DNA of 64,000 nucleotides. Origin: Erysipelotrichaceae bacterium (GTDB lineage: Bacteria; Bacillota_I; Bacilli_A; Erysipelotrichales; Erysipelotrichaceae). This document shows, piece after piece, positions 41,454 through 50,312 of this stretch. The DNA lies in assembly GCA_019415435.1 (NCBI GenBank), contig DXZE01000001.1:12426-76425 (forward strand), given 5' to 3'. Made by a program: the position numbers and the translations under genes. The notes beneath the pieces are model-generated. The model saw only the letters and a program-made list of their open reading frames with translations. It had not been told where the DNA came from and did no database searches. Position 1 is the first letter of the stretch. Every line of letters begins with the position of its first letter.

Positions 41454-42410
41454 TTATGACTCTTCCTGTTCCATCATTTTTACTTCTGATTCTAATATTT
41501 CCCTGTCGTATACTACGACATAGAAAACATCCCCTTTTCTTGTACCTTTAACAAGTCTTCCAAGATCATGAATATGACGAATATTTCCGTTTTTCGTTAT
41601 GATCCTGTAATCTACTTCATCCAGACCATTTTTGTTAGATGCGATCTGTTTACGGATCGTTTTTTCAACATATTCCCGGTCATCGGGATGAATGATATTC
41701 CGAAAGGTACCACCGCTGTAATCCAGGAATTCCCGATAATTTTCGCATTCACATAGCTGTAACAGACTGTCACTGATAACAAGGATTTTCTGTGATTCAT
41801 CTGCCTGATATACAAAGAAACATACTGGCAGGTTCTCCGCAACACTCCGGATGGAAAACTGGGTTCTGATATTCTCTGGTTCATCAGTCTGGTATGTAAC
41901 AGCCTGATGCCTGCCATTGATCTTGGCCTGGTACAAGGCAAGATCTGCCTTACGATATAACTCCTTCAATATAGACGCATGATCCGGATACACGGCACAA
42001 CCGCATGATATCTCGAAATTTATTGTCTGATCATGAAACTGAAAGCTGAAAGACTGATGAACAAAGTCATCCATCTCTTTCTTCAGATCTTCAATATTCT
42101 GACCATACAGGAATATCTGAAACTCATCACCGCCATTACGGATCAGTACACTGTGATGCGGAAATGTACTTTGTAATGACGAAGTAAGACATTGTAATGC
42201 CTGATCACCTGCTTCATGTCCATAGGCATCGTTGATTTCCTTGAAATCATCAATATCTACTGCTGAAACAAGAGCCCGAAAAGATTCCTGATGTATTTTG
42301 ATTCCCTTTTCAAGCAGATAAGAAGCTCTCTGATCTCCACCTCTGCGGTTATAGATACCTGTTAAGGCATCAAGATCAGATTCTTTCTTCACGCTTGCGG
42401 ATCCAGGCAA
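41454..42410 (-). CDS. Diguanylate cyclase (GGDEF) domain followed by a C-terminal PAS-like domain, probably the distal part of a frameshifted gene
   Basis: It has DALTGIYNRRGG, the RNGGDEF active site and YQAK. The C-terminal FRNIIHPDDREYV...YRIITKNGNIRHI is PAS-like. It has a TTG start with no RBS. Confidence 0.8.
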   Translation of the reverse strand: MPGSASVKKESDLDALTGIYNRRGGDQRASYLLEKGIKIHQESFRALVSAVDIDDFKEINDAYGHEAGDQALQCLTSSLQSTFPHHSVLIRNGGDEFQIFLYGQNIEDLKKEMDDFVHQSFSFQFHDQTINFEISCGCAVYPDHASILKELYRKADLALYQAKINGRHQAVTYQTDEPENIRTQFSIRSVAENLPVCFFVYQADESQKILVISDSLLQLCECENYREFLDYSGGTFRNIIHPDDREYVEKTIRKQIASNKNGLDEVDYRIITKNGNIRHIHDLGRLVKGTRKGDVFYVVVYDREILESEVKMMEQEES

Positions 42411-42714
42411 CTAACAGATATATCGCACACAGTGAAACTACAATGACATTACATTTATACCCATCTTCATGTGTAAATCTGATAAAGCTGTGATCAACGG
42501 AGAAAAAGTAAAGTGAATAGAAAATAATACAGATGCCGCTGACTGCACCGGCTACTGGTTTGCATAGTGCAGAAAAGAATATCATGACAGCTACCAGAAC
42601 AATGACAGGATTCGGCACATCAAGCTCATATACAATGACAGATGCTAATGCTGTAATCACAGTTGCGAGAATTGCCGAAGCCAGAGAATTGTTGAGGAAG
42701 GAAGCTTTTTTCAT
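42376..42714 (-). CDS. Four-TM membrane module, probably the N-terminal part of the GGDEF protein
   Basis: 112 aa with four hydrophobic helices, ending in WIRKREERI-stop. It overlaps the GGDEF ORF by 35 nt in another frame. Confidence 0.6.
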   Translation of the reverse strand: MKKASFLNNSLASAILATVITALASVIVYELDVPNPVIVLVAVMIFFSALCKPVAGAVSGICIIFYSLYFFSVDHSFIRFTHEDGYKCNVIVVSLCAIYLLVAWIRKREERI

Positions 42715-42847
42715 GTATTTACCTGCTCTTTTGCTGAGCTTATCCTATCACCGATTTACATGTATGTATGAATGAATCCATGATTCTGTTTGTACTTCTT
42801 AACATTTATTTAATACAAATGAAGATTGTTTCAAAAGTCATCCATTA

Positions 42848-45430
42848 TTACAGCCATTCACCATGTTTTCTGATGTAAAACTTCTTGACTATCTGAATGG
42901 TAATCATATAGAGAATGAGAATTAATACGACAAAGATATAATACTTGCCCGGAAGAATGACAAAGTGGAAGCTTGTTACTGGCGAAAAAATATAAGGAAC
43001 AGCTAACGCAGCGATCACCCCAAATGCACAGGCACAGGATAAACGGATATCACTTTGTGATTGTATGAATGGGATCTTGGCTGTACGGATGAACTGAACA
43101 ATTAATATCTGGGAAAGCATGCCTTCTACAAACCAGCCTGTCTGGAAATATGGAGCCAATGTCTGGGTATTGAACTTCATGACAAACCATAATGTCAAGA
43201 AAGTCAGGATATCAAATACAGACGAAACAATACCCATGACATTCATGAAGGATGATAAGCCATGCGTATCCCATGTACGCGGCTTTTCCATGAATTCAGG
43301 ATCTACATTATCCCATGGGATTGCTATCTGGGTGCCGTCATAGATCAGATTCTGAATCAGCATCTGGATCGGTAACATCGGTAAAAATGGCAGAAAGATA
43401 GAAGCTACCAATACAGAGAATACATTGCCAAAGTTCCCAGACAATGCCATCTTCATATACTTGATGATATTTCCATAGATTCTTCTACCTTCATAGACAC
43501 CATCAAGAATGACGGATAAAGACTGTCTCAGTAACATGATATCTGCACTGGCCTTGGCTACATCTGTGGCAGTATTAACTGATATACCAACATCTGCTGT
43601 TCTTAAGGATGGTGCATCATTGACTCCATCTCCCATATATCCAACTGTATGGCCATTCTTCTGTAATGCAGAGACCACTCTCATCTTTTCCATTGGAGCA
43701 AGTCTTGCGTACATGTTTACTTTTTCAACGGTTTGCACTAACTGTTTGTCATCCATCTTTTCTATATCAGTACCAGTTAAAACCGTATCACTTTTTATGC
43801 CTACTTCATTGCATATATGCTTAACTACAGCCGGGGCATCGCCACTCAATACCTTTACGGATACACCTGCTTTATGAAGGCCTTTTACAGCCTCAGCAAC
43901 ATCAGGTTTTGGCGGATCCAGGAATGCGACAAGACCAATCAGGGTCATGCCGGTTTCATCATCCTTACTGAATTCTCCCGGTTTGAGATTTGTCTTTTTG
44001 GCGGCTACACCAATGACATGTAAGCCATCCTGATTTAATGCATCTGCCTGCTTTAAGACAGCTTCTGTATTCACATCACTGATCTTACGATGACGCTTGT
44101 TATCCAATACTTCTGAACAGCAGTCGATAATGCTTTCTAAGGCACCTTTAGTTATCAGCCATTGCTGTCCCTTTGTGCCAGTGATGATGATGGACATCCT
44201 TCTTCTTTCAAAGTCATAAGGGATTTCATCAATCTTCTGATAATGGTCAAGTTCTTGTGAAACATGATGCTTGTCACCATAGGAAAGTATTGCTTTATCT
44301 ATGGCATTTTTGACACCTGTAGAATAAGCAGCATTCAGATAAGCATAATTCAAAGTAATCTTGGACTTTTCTCCATTTACATCAAGATATCTTTGTAAAA
44401 CGATTTGATCCATTGTTAATGTACCGGTTTTATCCGTACATAAAACATCCATAGAACCAAGATTCTGAATACTGGATGTTTTCTTGACTATGGTTTCCTT
44501 TTTGGCAAGAAATTGTGCTCCTACAGCTAATGTACTGTTAACAATCATCGGTAACATACCCGGCGTAATACCTACCGCTACAGAAACAGAAAACATGAAA
44601 GCTTCCATCCAGTTTCCCTTTACAAAGCCATTGATTAACAGCACAAATATGACTACTACAATCATGTAGCGCATCAATAGTTTTGTAATCTTATGAATTC
44701 CTTTATCAAAACTGCTTTCGGTTTCCTGATTATCGGAAATGGTAGAAATATGACCAAGATAAGAATTCTTTCCAGTTCTGACGACAATACCCTTCGCACT
44801 GCCAGATATGACGGTACAGCCGCCAAATACAAGATTGTTTAAATCGATACTGGAGACATTTCTTGTATCCGCACCAGCCGTCTTTTCTACCGGTCTTGAT
44901 TCACCAGTGAATTGAGATTCAGATATAAAGAAGTCCTTTGTCTCGGTTAAGATGACATCACCATTTACAATGTCACCACCACCTAATACCTGAATATCAC
45001 CCGGCACAACTTCTTCTACCGGGATTTCCTTTATCTGATTATCAGACATCTCTGCGGCAGTTTCATGAATCATGCCATGTAATCTGCGGGATGCTTTATA
45101 AGAACGATAATTCTGAATAAACTGCAAGATACCTGAAAGAGATGCCAGGATGATAATGATAGTACCACCGGCAATATCATCCATGACAAAAGAGATAATG
45201 CCTAAAACAATTAATACAATGATGAATTCATCTTTAAAGGCATCCAGTAAAAACCAGATCCAGCTTTTGGGCTTATCTGAAGATAAAACATTTCTGCCAT
45301 ACTGGTCTAATCTTTTTTCTCTTTCCTCATCGGAAATGCCGTTATCACTGACTTTATATTTCTGATACAGTTCTTCTTTTGTTAAAGAAGCATCTTGTCT
45401 GTATAGTTCTTCATCTTTATCTTCACTCAT
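42848..45430 (-). CDS. mgtA: Mg2+-importing P-type ATPase
   Basis: It has CTDKTGTLT (phosphorylation site), MGDGVNDAPSL and TGES motifs. Its architecture and length are MgtA/MgtB-like. The ATG at 45430 follows GGAG. I rejected the ORF-track start at 45514. Confidence 0.9.
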   Translation of the reverse strand: MSEDKDEELYRQDASLTKEELYQKYKVSDNGISDEEREKRLDQYGRNVLSSDKPKSWIWFLLDAFKDEFIIVLIVLGIISFVMDDIAGGTIIIILASLSGILQFIQNYRSYKASRRLHGMIHETAAEMSDNQIKEIPVEEVVPGDIQVLGGGDIVNGDVILTETKDFFISESQFTGESRPVEKTAGADTRNVSSIDLNNLVFGGCTVISGSAKGIVVRTGKNSYLGHISTISDNQETESSFDKGIHKITKLLMRYMIVVVIFVLLINGFVKGNWMEAFMFSVSVAVGITPGMLPMIVNSTLAVGAQFLAKKETIVKKTSSIQNLGSMDVLCTDKTGTLTMDQIVLQRYLDVNGEKSKITLNYAYLNAAYSTGVKNAIDKAILSYGDKHHVSQELDHYQKIDEIPYDFERRRMSIIITGTKGQQWLITKGALESIIDCCSEVLDNKRHRKISDVNTEAVLKQADALNQDGLHVIGVAAKKTNLKPGEFSKDDETGMTLIGLVAFLDPPKPDVAEAVKGLHKAGVSVKVLSGDAPAVVKHICNEVGIKSDTVLTGTDIEKMDDKQLVQTVEKVNMYARLAPMEKMRVVSALQKNGHTVGYMGDGVNDAPSLRTADVGISVNTATDVAKASADIMLLRQSLSVILDGVYEGRRIYGNIIKYMKMALSGNFGNVFSVLVASIFLPFLPMLPIQMLIQNLIYDGTQIAIPWDNVDPEFMEKPRTWDTHGLSSFMNVMGIVSSVFDILTFLTLWFVMKFNTQTLAPYFQTGWFVEGMLSQILIVQFIRTAKIPFIQSQSDIRLSCACAFGVIAALAVPYIFSPVTSFHFVILPGKYYIFVVLILILYMITIQIVKKFYIRKHGEWL

Positions 45431-45684
45431 AAGCAAAACACTCCAGTTACCTATTATAGTTTCTTTACTGAAATAAGTATCATAGTGTATCAAAAAAAGC
45501 CAGTGGATAACCACTGACCTCTATTGGATATCACAGAAGTTTTTTGATGACAGATCCATCCGGTCCCATTATTTCGGCGGTTGCATCCTCCAGATGGAAC
45601 ATGCCTAATTTCTAACCTGTTTCTTCATTGTAGACTTTCTTTAAGAAAGGATTCTTTTTCATTTATAGGTGTTCCCTTTCTGAG
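45431..45684 (-). promoter_or_regulatory. Roughly 250-nt mgtA 5' leader; candidate Mg2+-responsive riboswitch (M-box-like) and/or leader-peptide attenuator
   Basis: It is a long leader with a terminator and contains GUUAG...UAGGC...CCAUCUGGAGGAUGC...GCCGAAAUAAUGGGACC, which partly resembles the M-box core. A 16-codon ORF (45612-45662, MKKNPFLKKVYNEETG) lies at its 5' end. Confidence 0.45.
45491..45518 (-). terminator. Intrinsic terminator inside the mgtA leader (attenuator)
   Basis: The minus strand reads (t)cagtgg-ttat-ccactg(g) followed by cttttttt. It lies 60 nt upstream of the mgtA start. Confidence 0.75.
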
Positions 45685-45690
45685 GTAAAC

Positions 45691-45718
45691 ATTATATGCA
45701 TAAATGACTATAAGTCAC
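45691..45718 (-). promoter_or_regulatory. Sigma-A-type promoter for the mgtA leader
   Basis: The minus strand reads GTGACT-16 nt-TATAAT. Confidence 0.5.
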
Positions 45719-45720
45719 TT

Positions 45721-45745
45721 AAAAAGTCCGATTTTTCAACCGGAC
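45721..45745 (-). terminator. Weak terminator after tRNA-Val
   Basis: The stem gtccg/cggac has a 10-nt loop and is followed by T5 on the minus strand. Confidence 0.4.
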
Positions 45746-45754
45746 ATACATTCG

Positions 45755-45826
45755 TGGAGGTTAGGGGGTTTGAACCCATGACCCTTCGCACGTGAAGCGA
45801 ATGCTCTCCCGCTGAGCTAAACCTCC
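45755..45826 (-). tRNA. tRNA-Val (anticodon CAC)
   Basis: The minus strand reads GGAGGTTTAGCTCAGCGGGAGAGCATTCGCTTCACGTGCGAAGGGTCATGGGTTCAAACCCCCTAACCTCCA. I folded the cloverleaf by hand: a 7-bp acceptor stem, a GCTC/GAGC D stem, a TTCGC/GCGAA anticodon stem and the loop TTCACGT. CCA is not encoded, and there is one U-C mismatch in the T stem. Confidence 0.88.
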
Positions 45827-45845
45827 ATATATAACTGCAGGTGTA

Positions 45846-45874
45846 ATTATACTGCAGTTTTATTTATTGGGCAA
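45846..45874 (-). promoter_or_regulatory. Promoter of tRNA-Val
   Basis: The minus strand reads TTGCCC-17 nt-TATAAT, with the -10 box ending 19 nt before the tRNA 5' end. Confidence 0.55.
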
Positions 45875-46691
45875 TTGAGCAGCCGGTATAAATACCCTTC
45901 GTATTCTTTGTACAGTTTAAAGAAGTACCGGATACATCCAGTTCATCTATCTTTGATTTTTCAGGAAGTGTTAACACGGTTAAAGGTGTATTGACTGCCT
46001 CTACTGCTTTCAGTTTTGTATTTTCTCTTAGATCAAGAGATTGTATCTGGGTATTGGATACATCCAGATAGCTCAACTTTGTATTCTGACTCAGATCCAG
46101 AGAAGAGATACCTGTATTACTGATAATCAAAGACTGCAGGTTATGAAAGTATGCAATGCCGGTTAAGTCTGTTACAGCCTCATCCTGAGGCATCGTAATA
46201 ATAATCACGGCATCAGTTTCATCTGAAGATAAAGAACCATCCCCGTTTGTGTCTATATTCTCTCTGATATATCTTTGAAATGTAGAATCAGGAAAACTGG
46301 CATCATTGATAGCAGTCAATTCCGTATCAGAAGAGGCAGATGCCTGATTCTTTGATACTTCTTCTCTTCTTTTCATTTCTTCTTCTGAACGATGACGGTT
46401 CAGATATAAACCTGCTCCACTGACAATGACACCAACAGCTAATAATGCTTCAATGAAATGAAATACTTTCTTTCTCTTTTTATCATGTTTCTTCTGAAGC
46501 CTGACGACATGCATAGCCTGTGTTTCTGCAGGCATATCCCTGTCTACATGGATAACACCTGTATTTTCAAAGATGTCTCTGTCTGTATCATCCATCTTCT
46601 CCATTGCTTTGGTGAATTCTTCTTCACCAGGTGGATCATAATGGACTTGTTCTTCAGAATCATTTAGTTGTTTATTCTTCTCTTCTTCCAT
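45864..46691 (-). CDS. Single-pass membrane protein with extracellular leucine-rich repeats
   Basis: It has an acidic cytoplasmic N-terminus, a TM helix (ALLAVGVIVSGAGLYL), an EF-hand-like/dockerin-like DTNGDGSLS motif, and LRRs (LQSLIISNTGISSLDLSQNTKLSYLDVSNTQIQSLDL...). Confidence 0.75.
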   Translation of the reverse strand: MEEEKNKQLNDSEEQVHYDPPGEEEFTKAMEKMDDTDRDIFENTGVIHVDRDMPAETQAMHVVRLQKKHDKKRKKVFHFIEALLAVGVIVSGAGLYLNRHRSEEEMKRREEVSKNQASASSDTELTAINDASFPDSTFQRYIRENIDTNGDGSLSSDETDAVIIITMPQDEAVTDLTGIAYFHNLQSLIISNTGISSLDLSQNTKLSYLDVSNTQIQSLDLRENTKLKAVEAVNTPLTVLTLPEKSKIDELDVSGTSLNCTKNTKGIYTGCSIAQ

Positions 46692-46740
46692 AATTCATTA
46701 GAGATTCTAACAAAAACAGAGACTGTTTTACAGTCTCTGT

Positions 46741-47784
46741 TTACCATGTTACCGCAACATCAATCTGATTAGGATTGGATAATGCAAATGTACCTGTATC
46801 CACCACAATGCCAGTTCCAAGACTGGTTTCCACTATAGAACCTAAGGGTCTTGTCGCAAAGTCAGCTGCGACCATGACATAGTTGCCTAACATCTTGACG
46901 CCATCTGCACGTACATAATATGGATCATTATTGCCTAGTGCACGCATATTGGCAATGCATCCGGACATATTCAGATTGTAATACGTCTCTCTTCCGCTAG
47001 GTCCCTGTATGGTTCCTGCCATTGGGTTTAATACGGCTCCATTATAAGCTGCAGCTACGGAAGTATTGGATACTGCTGTAGAAGATGTGTGCTGTACAGA
47101 CTGGACTGCAGCAGTACTTTGATAAGTGTTGGAAACAGTATTGTTTACAGTCTTTACTGGTGCAGTTATGGAAGCTGTATTTGTATCTGTAGAAGTATCC
47201 GATGTATCTTCCACAGCTGGTGTACCATCTGTTTTTACAAGATAACTCTGATCTACGTAATATGTATTTCCGTTATCTTCAATTCTGACAAAGGCAAAGT
47301 TGTTTCTGCCTGTTACATGAACAGGATGATAGGCATTCCATACATCTACGGTTGTAGAGTCACTGTAAGGAAGCTTTTTGATATCTGTATCCAGATAGGT
47401 ATACATAAGTTCATCCGTATCATTGAAGATTTCTTCCTGTCTTTCGGTTAACTTCTTAACCGGAACATATCCTGCATTACCATTGGATGTCAGTATCTCT
47501 GCATCAGTTCCATCAATACTGATGATATGTACAAGTGATCCCTTCGGATCTGTTTCGACAATACCTGATACACTTGTTGTATTTTCCATGACATTTGTAT
47601 CTTCCATCAGATACATTGTCTGTTTGCTTTCATCTGCAGTTCGGGCAAATATATTTCCACCTGAAGTATTGGAGAGAGTATTTGCCGTACTAGTTGTCCC
47701 GAATGCATTCAGCTGCTGTCCATTCAGTATTACTACAGCTGTTACAACAGGAACTAACTTTACCCATTTTCTAAGCTTCTTCAA
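46741..47784 (-). CDS. Secreted wall-associated protein: two SH3b-like modules, a T/S-rich linker and a C-terminal 3D/DPBB (MltA-like) domain
   Basis: It has a signal peptide. The C-terminal GRETYYNL...YVMVAAD...GTGIVVDTG...IDVAV pattern is typical of 3D-domain proteins. The SH3b assignment is by eye. Confidence 0.6.
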   Translation of the reverse strand: MKKLRKWVKLVPVVTAVVILNGQQLNAFGTTSTANTLSNTSGGNIFARTADESKQTMYLMEDTNVMENTTSVSGIVETDPKGSLVHIISIDGTDAEILTSNGNAGYVPVKKLTERQEEIFNDTDELMYTYLDTDIKKLPYSDSTTVDVWNAYHPVHVTGRNNFAFVRIEDNGNTYYVDQSYLVKTDGTPAVEDTSDTSTDTNTASITAPVKTVNNTVSNTYQSTAAVQSVQHTSSTAVSNTSVAAAYNGAVLNPMAGTIQGPSGRETYYNLNMSGCIANMRALGNNDPYYVRADGVKMLGNYVMVAADFATRPLGSIVETSLGTGIVVDTGTFALSNPNQIDVAVTW

Positions 47785-47844
47785 TGAACATCTCTCCTTC
47801 CTGATCTAAAAAACTATCTGTCTAGTATCGTAACAGAAAATATC

Positions 47845-48396
47845 CTATTTGCCAAATTTATCGTCAAAGTTCTCCGTAATGATAAAATCCAGTGTTACAT
47901 CCCAGGGATCTGTTTCAATCTTTTCTACCTGCTGGCATGAATATCCAAGGCCAATTTTAGACATGCTGTCTAGAAGAATATGATCGTAATAGCCTTTGCC
48001 ATAACCCGTTCTGTTTAAGGAAGAATCAAAGGAAGATAATGGTACCAGCATGATATCTATATCAGTAAGATCAATCTCTTCTGTCTGCCATGGTTCCTGT
48101 ACGCCAAATACACCCGGTTTCAGATCATTCAGGGAATGAATGAAATAGAAATGCAGTCCATCCTTTTCTGTCTTTGGAACAGCCAATGGTATCTGCATGG
48201 TAAAGCAATGATGCACGATTTCATCAGTCATTACTTCATCACGCATGGAGATATAACAGCCAACTATATTTGCCTTATGCAGATAAGGAATTGTCTGTAA
48301 AAAGATTTGATGACTGTATTGAGACCTCTGTTGTCCGGTAAGCAGAGATCTTTGTTTTAATCCTGTTGTTCTTGCGTCATTCTTATTCATAATCAA
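47845..48396 (-). CDS. 5-formyltetrahydrofolate cyclo-ligase
   Basis: It has the motifs MLVPLSSFD and GYGKGYYD. Confidence 0.88.
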   Translation of the reverse strand: MIMNKNDARTTGLKQRSLLTGQQRSQYSHQIFLQTIPYLHKANIVGCYISMRDEVMTDEIVHHCFTMQIPLAVPKTEKDGLHFYFIHSLNDLKPGVFGVQEPWQTEEIDLTDIDIMLVPLSSFDSSLNRTGYGKGYYDHILLDSMSKIGLGYSCQQVEKIETDPWDVTLDFIITENFDDKFGK

Positions 48397-48398
48397 AG

Positions 48399-48420
48399 AA
48401 AGGCTGTATTAACAGCCTTA
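48399..48420 (-). terminator. Hairpin after sufB (weak U-tract)
   Basis: The hairpin is aaggctgt-atta-acagcctt, and the minus strand follows with tctttg. Confidence 0.45.
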
Positions 48421-48423
48421 TGT

Positions 48424-49848
48424 TTAACCAATAGAATTGGTCATATCAATTTTCAGCAGCTGGTTCAGTTCAACTGCATATTCCATTGGAAGCTCTCTTG
48501 TAAATGGCTCTAAGAAGCCCATGATAATCATTTCAGTAGCCTGCTGTTCAGTTAATCCTCTGCTCATCAGATAGAACAGTTCATCTTCTGAAATCTTGGA
48601 TACCTTGGCTTCATGTTCAATGGTAGAAGTTGAAGAGTCATTGATATTTAACGGGATTGTATCAGATCTTGATTTTTCATCAAGTATCAATGTATCGCAT
48701 TCAATCTTGGTCTTGGAATAGTCTGCATTCTTGGAGAATCTGATCCAGTCACGGAAGTTCGTAACGCCGCCATTACGGGATACAGACTTGGATACTATAG
48801 AAGAAGATGTATGTGGTGCAAGATGAATCATCTTGGCACCAGTATCCTGATACTGTCCCTTGGAACCAACGGCAATAGAGATGCATAAGCCATGCGCATA
48901 TTCACCACTTAATATGCATGCCGGATACTTCATGGAAATACGGGATCCGATATTACCATCAATCCATTCCATTGTGCCATGTGCTTCCACCTTGGCACGC
49001 TTTGTGACAAGGTTCAGAATGTTTCCAGACCAGTTCTGTACTGAGGAATATCTGCACTTGGCTCCTTTGCCTACAAATACTTCAACAACAGCCGCATGCA
49101 TGGAATCCTTGGAATATTGCGGTGCGGTGCATCCTTCTACATAGGAGCATTCTGCCCCATCATCCACAATGATGATAGAACGTTCAAACTGTCCCATGGA
49201 TTCAGAGTTAATACGGAAGTAAGACTGTAATGGCTTATCTACCTTGACACCCTTTGGTACATAGATGAAGGAACCACCAGACCATACTGCTGAATTCAAA
49301 GCAGCCAGCTTGTTATCAGATGGTGGAACAATTGTTGCAAAGTACTTGCGGAATAATTCCGGATATTCCTTTAATGCAGAGTCAATATCCAGGAAGATGA
49401 CACCTTTGCTGGTTAATTCAGAAAGCATGTTATGATAGACAGCTTCTGATTCATACTGGGTTGTAACACCAGCCAGATACTTTCTTTCAGCTTCAGGAAT
49501 ACCTAACTTTTCAAATGTATTTTTGACTTCCTCCGGTACATCATTCCATGATTTTTCAGCTTCTTTGGATACCTTCTTATAGTATGTAAAGTCCTGGAAA
49601 TCAATCTCAGAAAGATCCGGTCCCCACTTTGGCATAGGCATCTTTTCAAACTGATGGAATGCATTCACTCTGAATTCTGTCATCCATTCCGGTTCCTGCT
49701 TGAAACGGGATATTTCACGTACAATCTCTTCATTCAGACCTTTACCGGTATCCAGAATAGCCGTTACATTATCATCATGAAATCCATATTTATAATCATC
49801 CTGTGAGGAGATAACATCATTTGTTTCATTTACATTCTTTTCATTCAT
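48424..49848 (-). CDS. sufB: Fe-S cluster assembly scaffold SufB
   Basis: It is 474 aa with DDYKYGFHD at the N-terminus and a conserved C-terminal beta-helix ending in ...[13 protein letters not shown]. Confidence 0.95.
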   Translation of the reverse strand: MNEKNVNETNDVISSQDDYKYGFHDDNVTAILDTGKGLNEEIVREISRFKQEPEWMTEFRVNAFHQFEKMPMPKWGPDLSEIDFQDFTYYKKVSKEAEKSWNDVPEEVKNTFEKLGIPEAERKYLAGVTTQYESEAVYHNMLSELTSKGVIFLDIDSALKEYPELFRKYFATIVPPSDNKLAALNSAVWSGGSFIYVPKGVKVDKPLQSYFRINSESMGQFERSIIIVDDGAECSYVEGCTAPQYSKDSMHAAVVEVFVGKGAKCRYSSVQNWSGNILNLVTKRAKVEAHGTMEWIDGNIGSRISMKYPACILSGEYAHGLCISIAVGSKGQYQDTGAKMIHLAPHTSSSIVSKSVSRNGGVTNFRDWIRFSKNADYSKTKIECDTLILDEKSRSDTIPLNINDSSTSTIEHEAKVSKISEDELFYLMSRGLTEQQATEMIIMGFLEPFTRELPMEYAVELNQLLKIDMTNSIG

Positions 49849-50300
49849 TTTGTTTCCTCACTTTTCTGTATCATTTCTTCCATAGCCTTCCAGCCGATGG
49901 TTGCACACTTGATGCGGTTAGCCTGCTTATGAACATTCTTCATAGCTACAGCTTCTTCCAGAACATCCGGGTCATATTCCTTCTCATTAATCATATTGAA
50001 GTAATTCTCTATGATCTTCCTGGCTTCAGGAATTGTCTTGCCTTTTAAAAGATCAGTCATCATAGATGTAGAAGCTGTAGAGATCGTACAGGCAACACCA
50101 TCAAAACGGATGTCATCAATCTTTCCGTCCTTGATTTTTGACTGAACAGTAATGTCATCAATACAGGAATCTGATGCCATATGTACACTCTGATAATCTG
50201 AATCATCTGTCAGACCATGATTATGCGGATACTGATAATGATCCATAATCAGTTCACGCAATACCTCAGGATCCTGCAGTAATGTTTTTTCATCTTCCAT
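49845..50300 (-). CDS. sufU: SufU-type sulfur transfer protein (IscU-like)
   Basis: It has the motifs [21 protein letters not shown] and AN-RIKCAT. Confidence 0.9.
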   Translation of the reverse strand: MEDEKTLLQDPEVLRELIMDHYQYPHNHGLTDDSDYQSVHMASDSCIDDITVQSKIKDGKIDDIRFDGVACTISTASTSMMTDLLKGKTIPEARKIIENYFNMINEKEYDPDVLEEAVAMKNVHKQANRIKCATIGWKAMEEMIQKSEETK

Positions 50301-50312
50301 AAAAATTTCTCC

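Noticed and set aside
45827-45860. The ctgcag...ctgcag inverted repeat next to the tRNA, considered as a possible att or recombination site.
   Set aside because: It coincides with the tRNA promoter -10 region, and no second copy occurs in the window. It is most simply a promoter-proximal palindrome.
45864-47784. Whether this is a prophage or genomic-island remnant, because 3D-domain and SH3b proteins occur in phage lysis modules.
   Set aside because: There is no integrase, holin, portal or tail gene, and no repeat flanks. Only two genes are involved.
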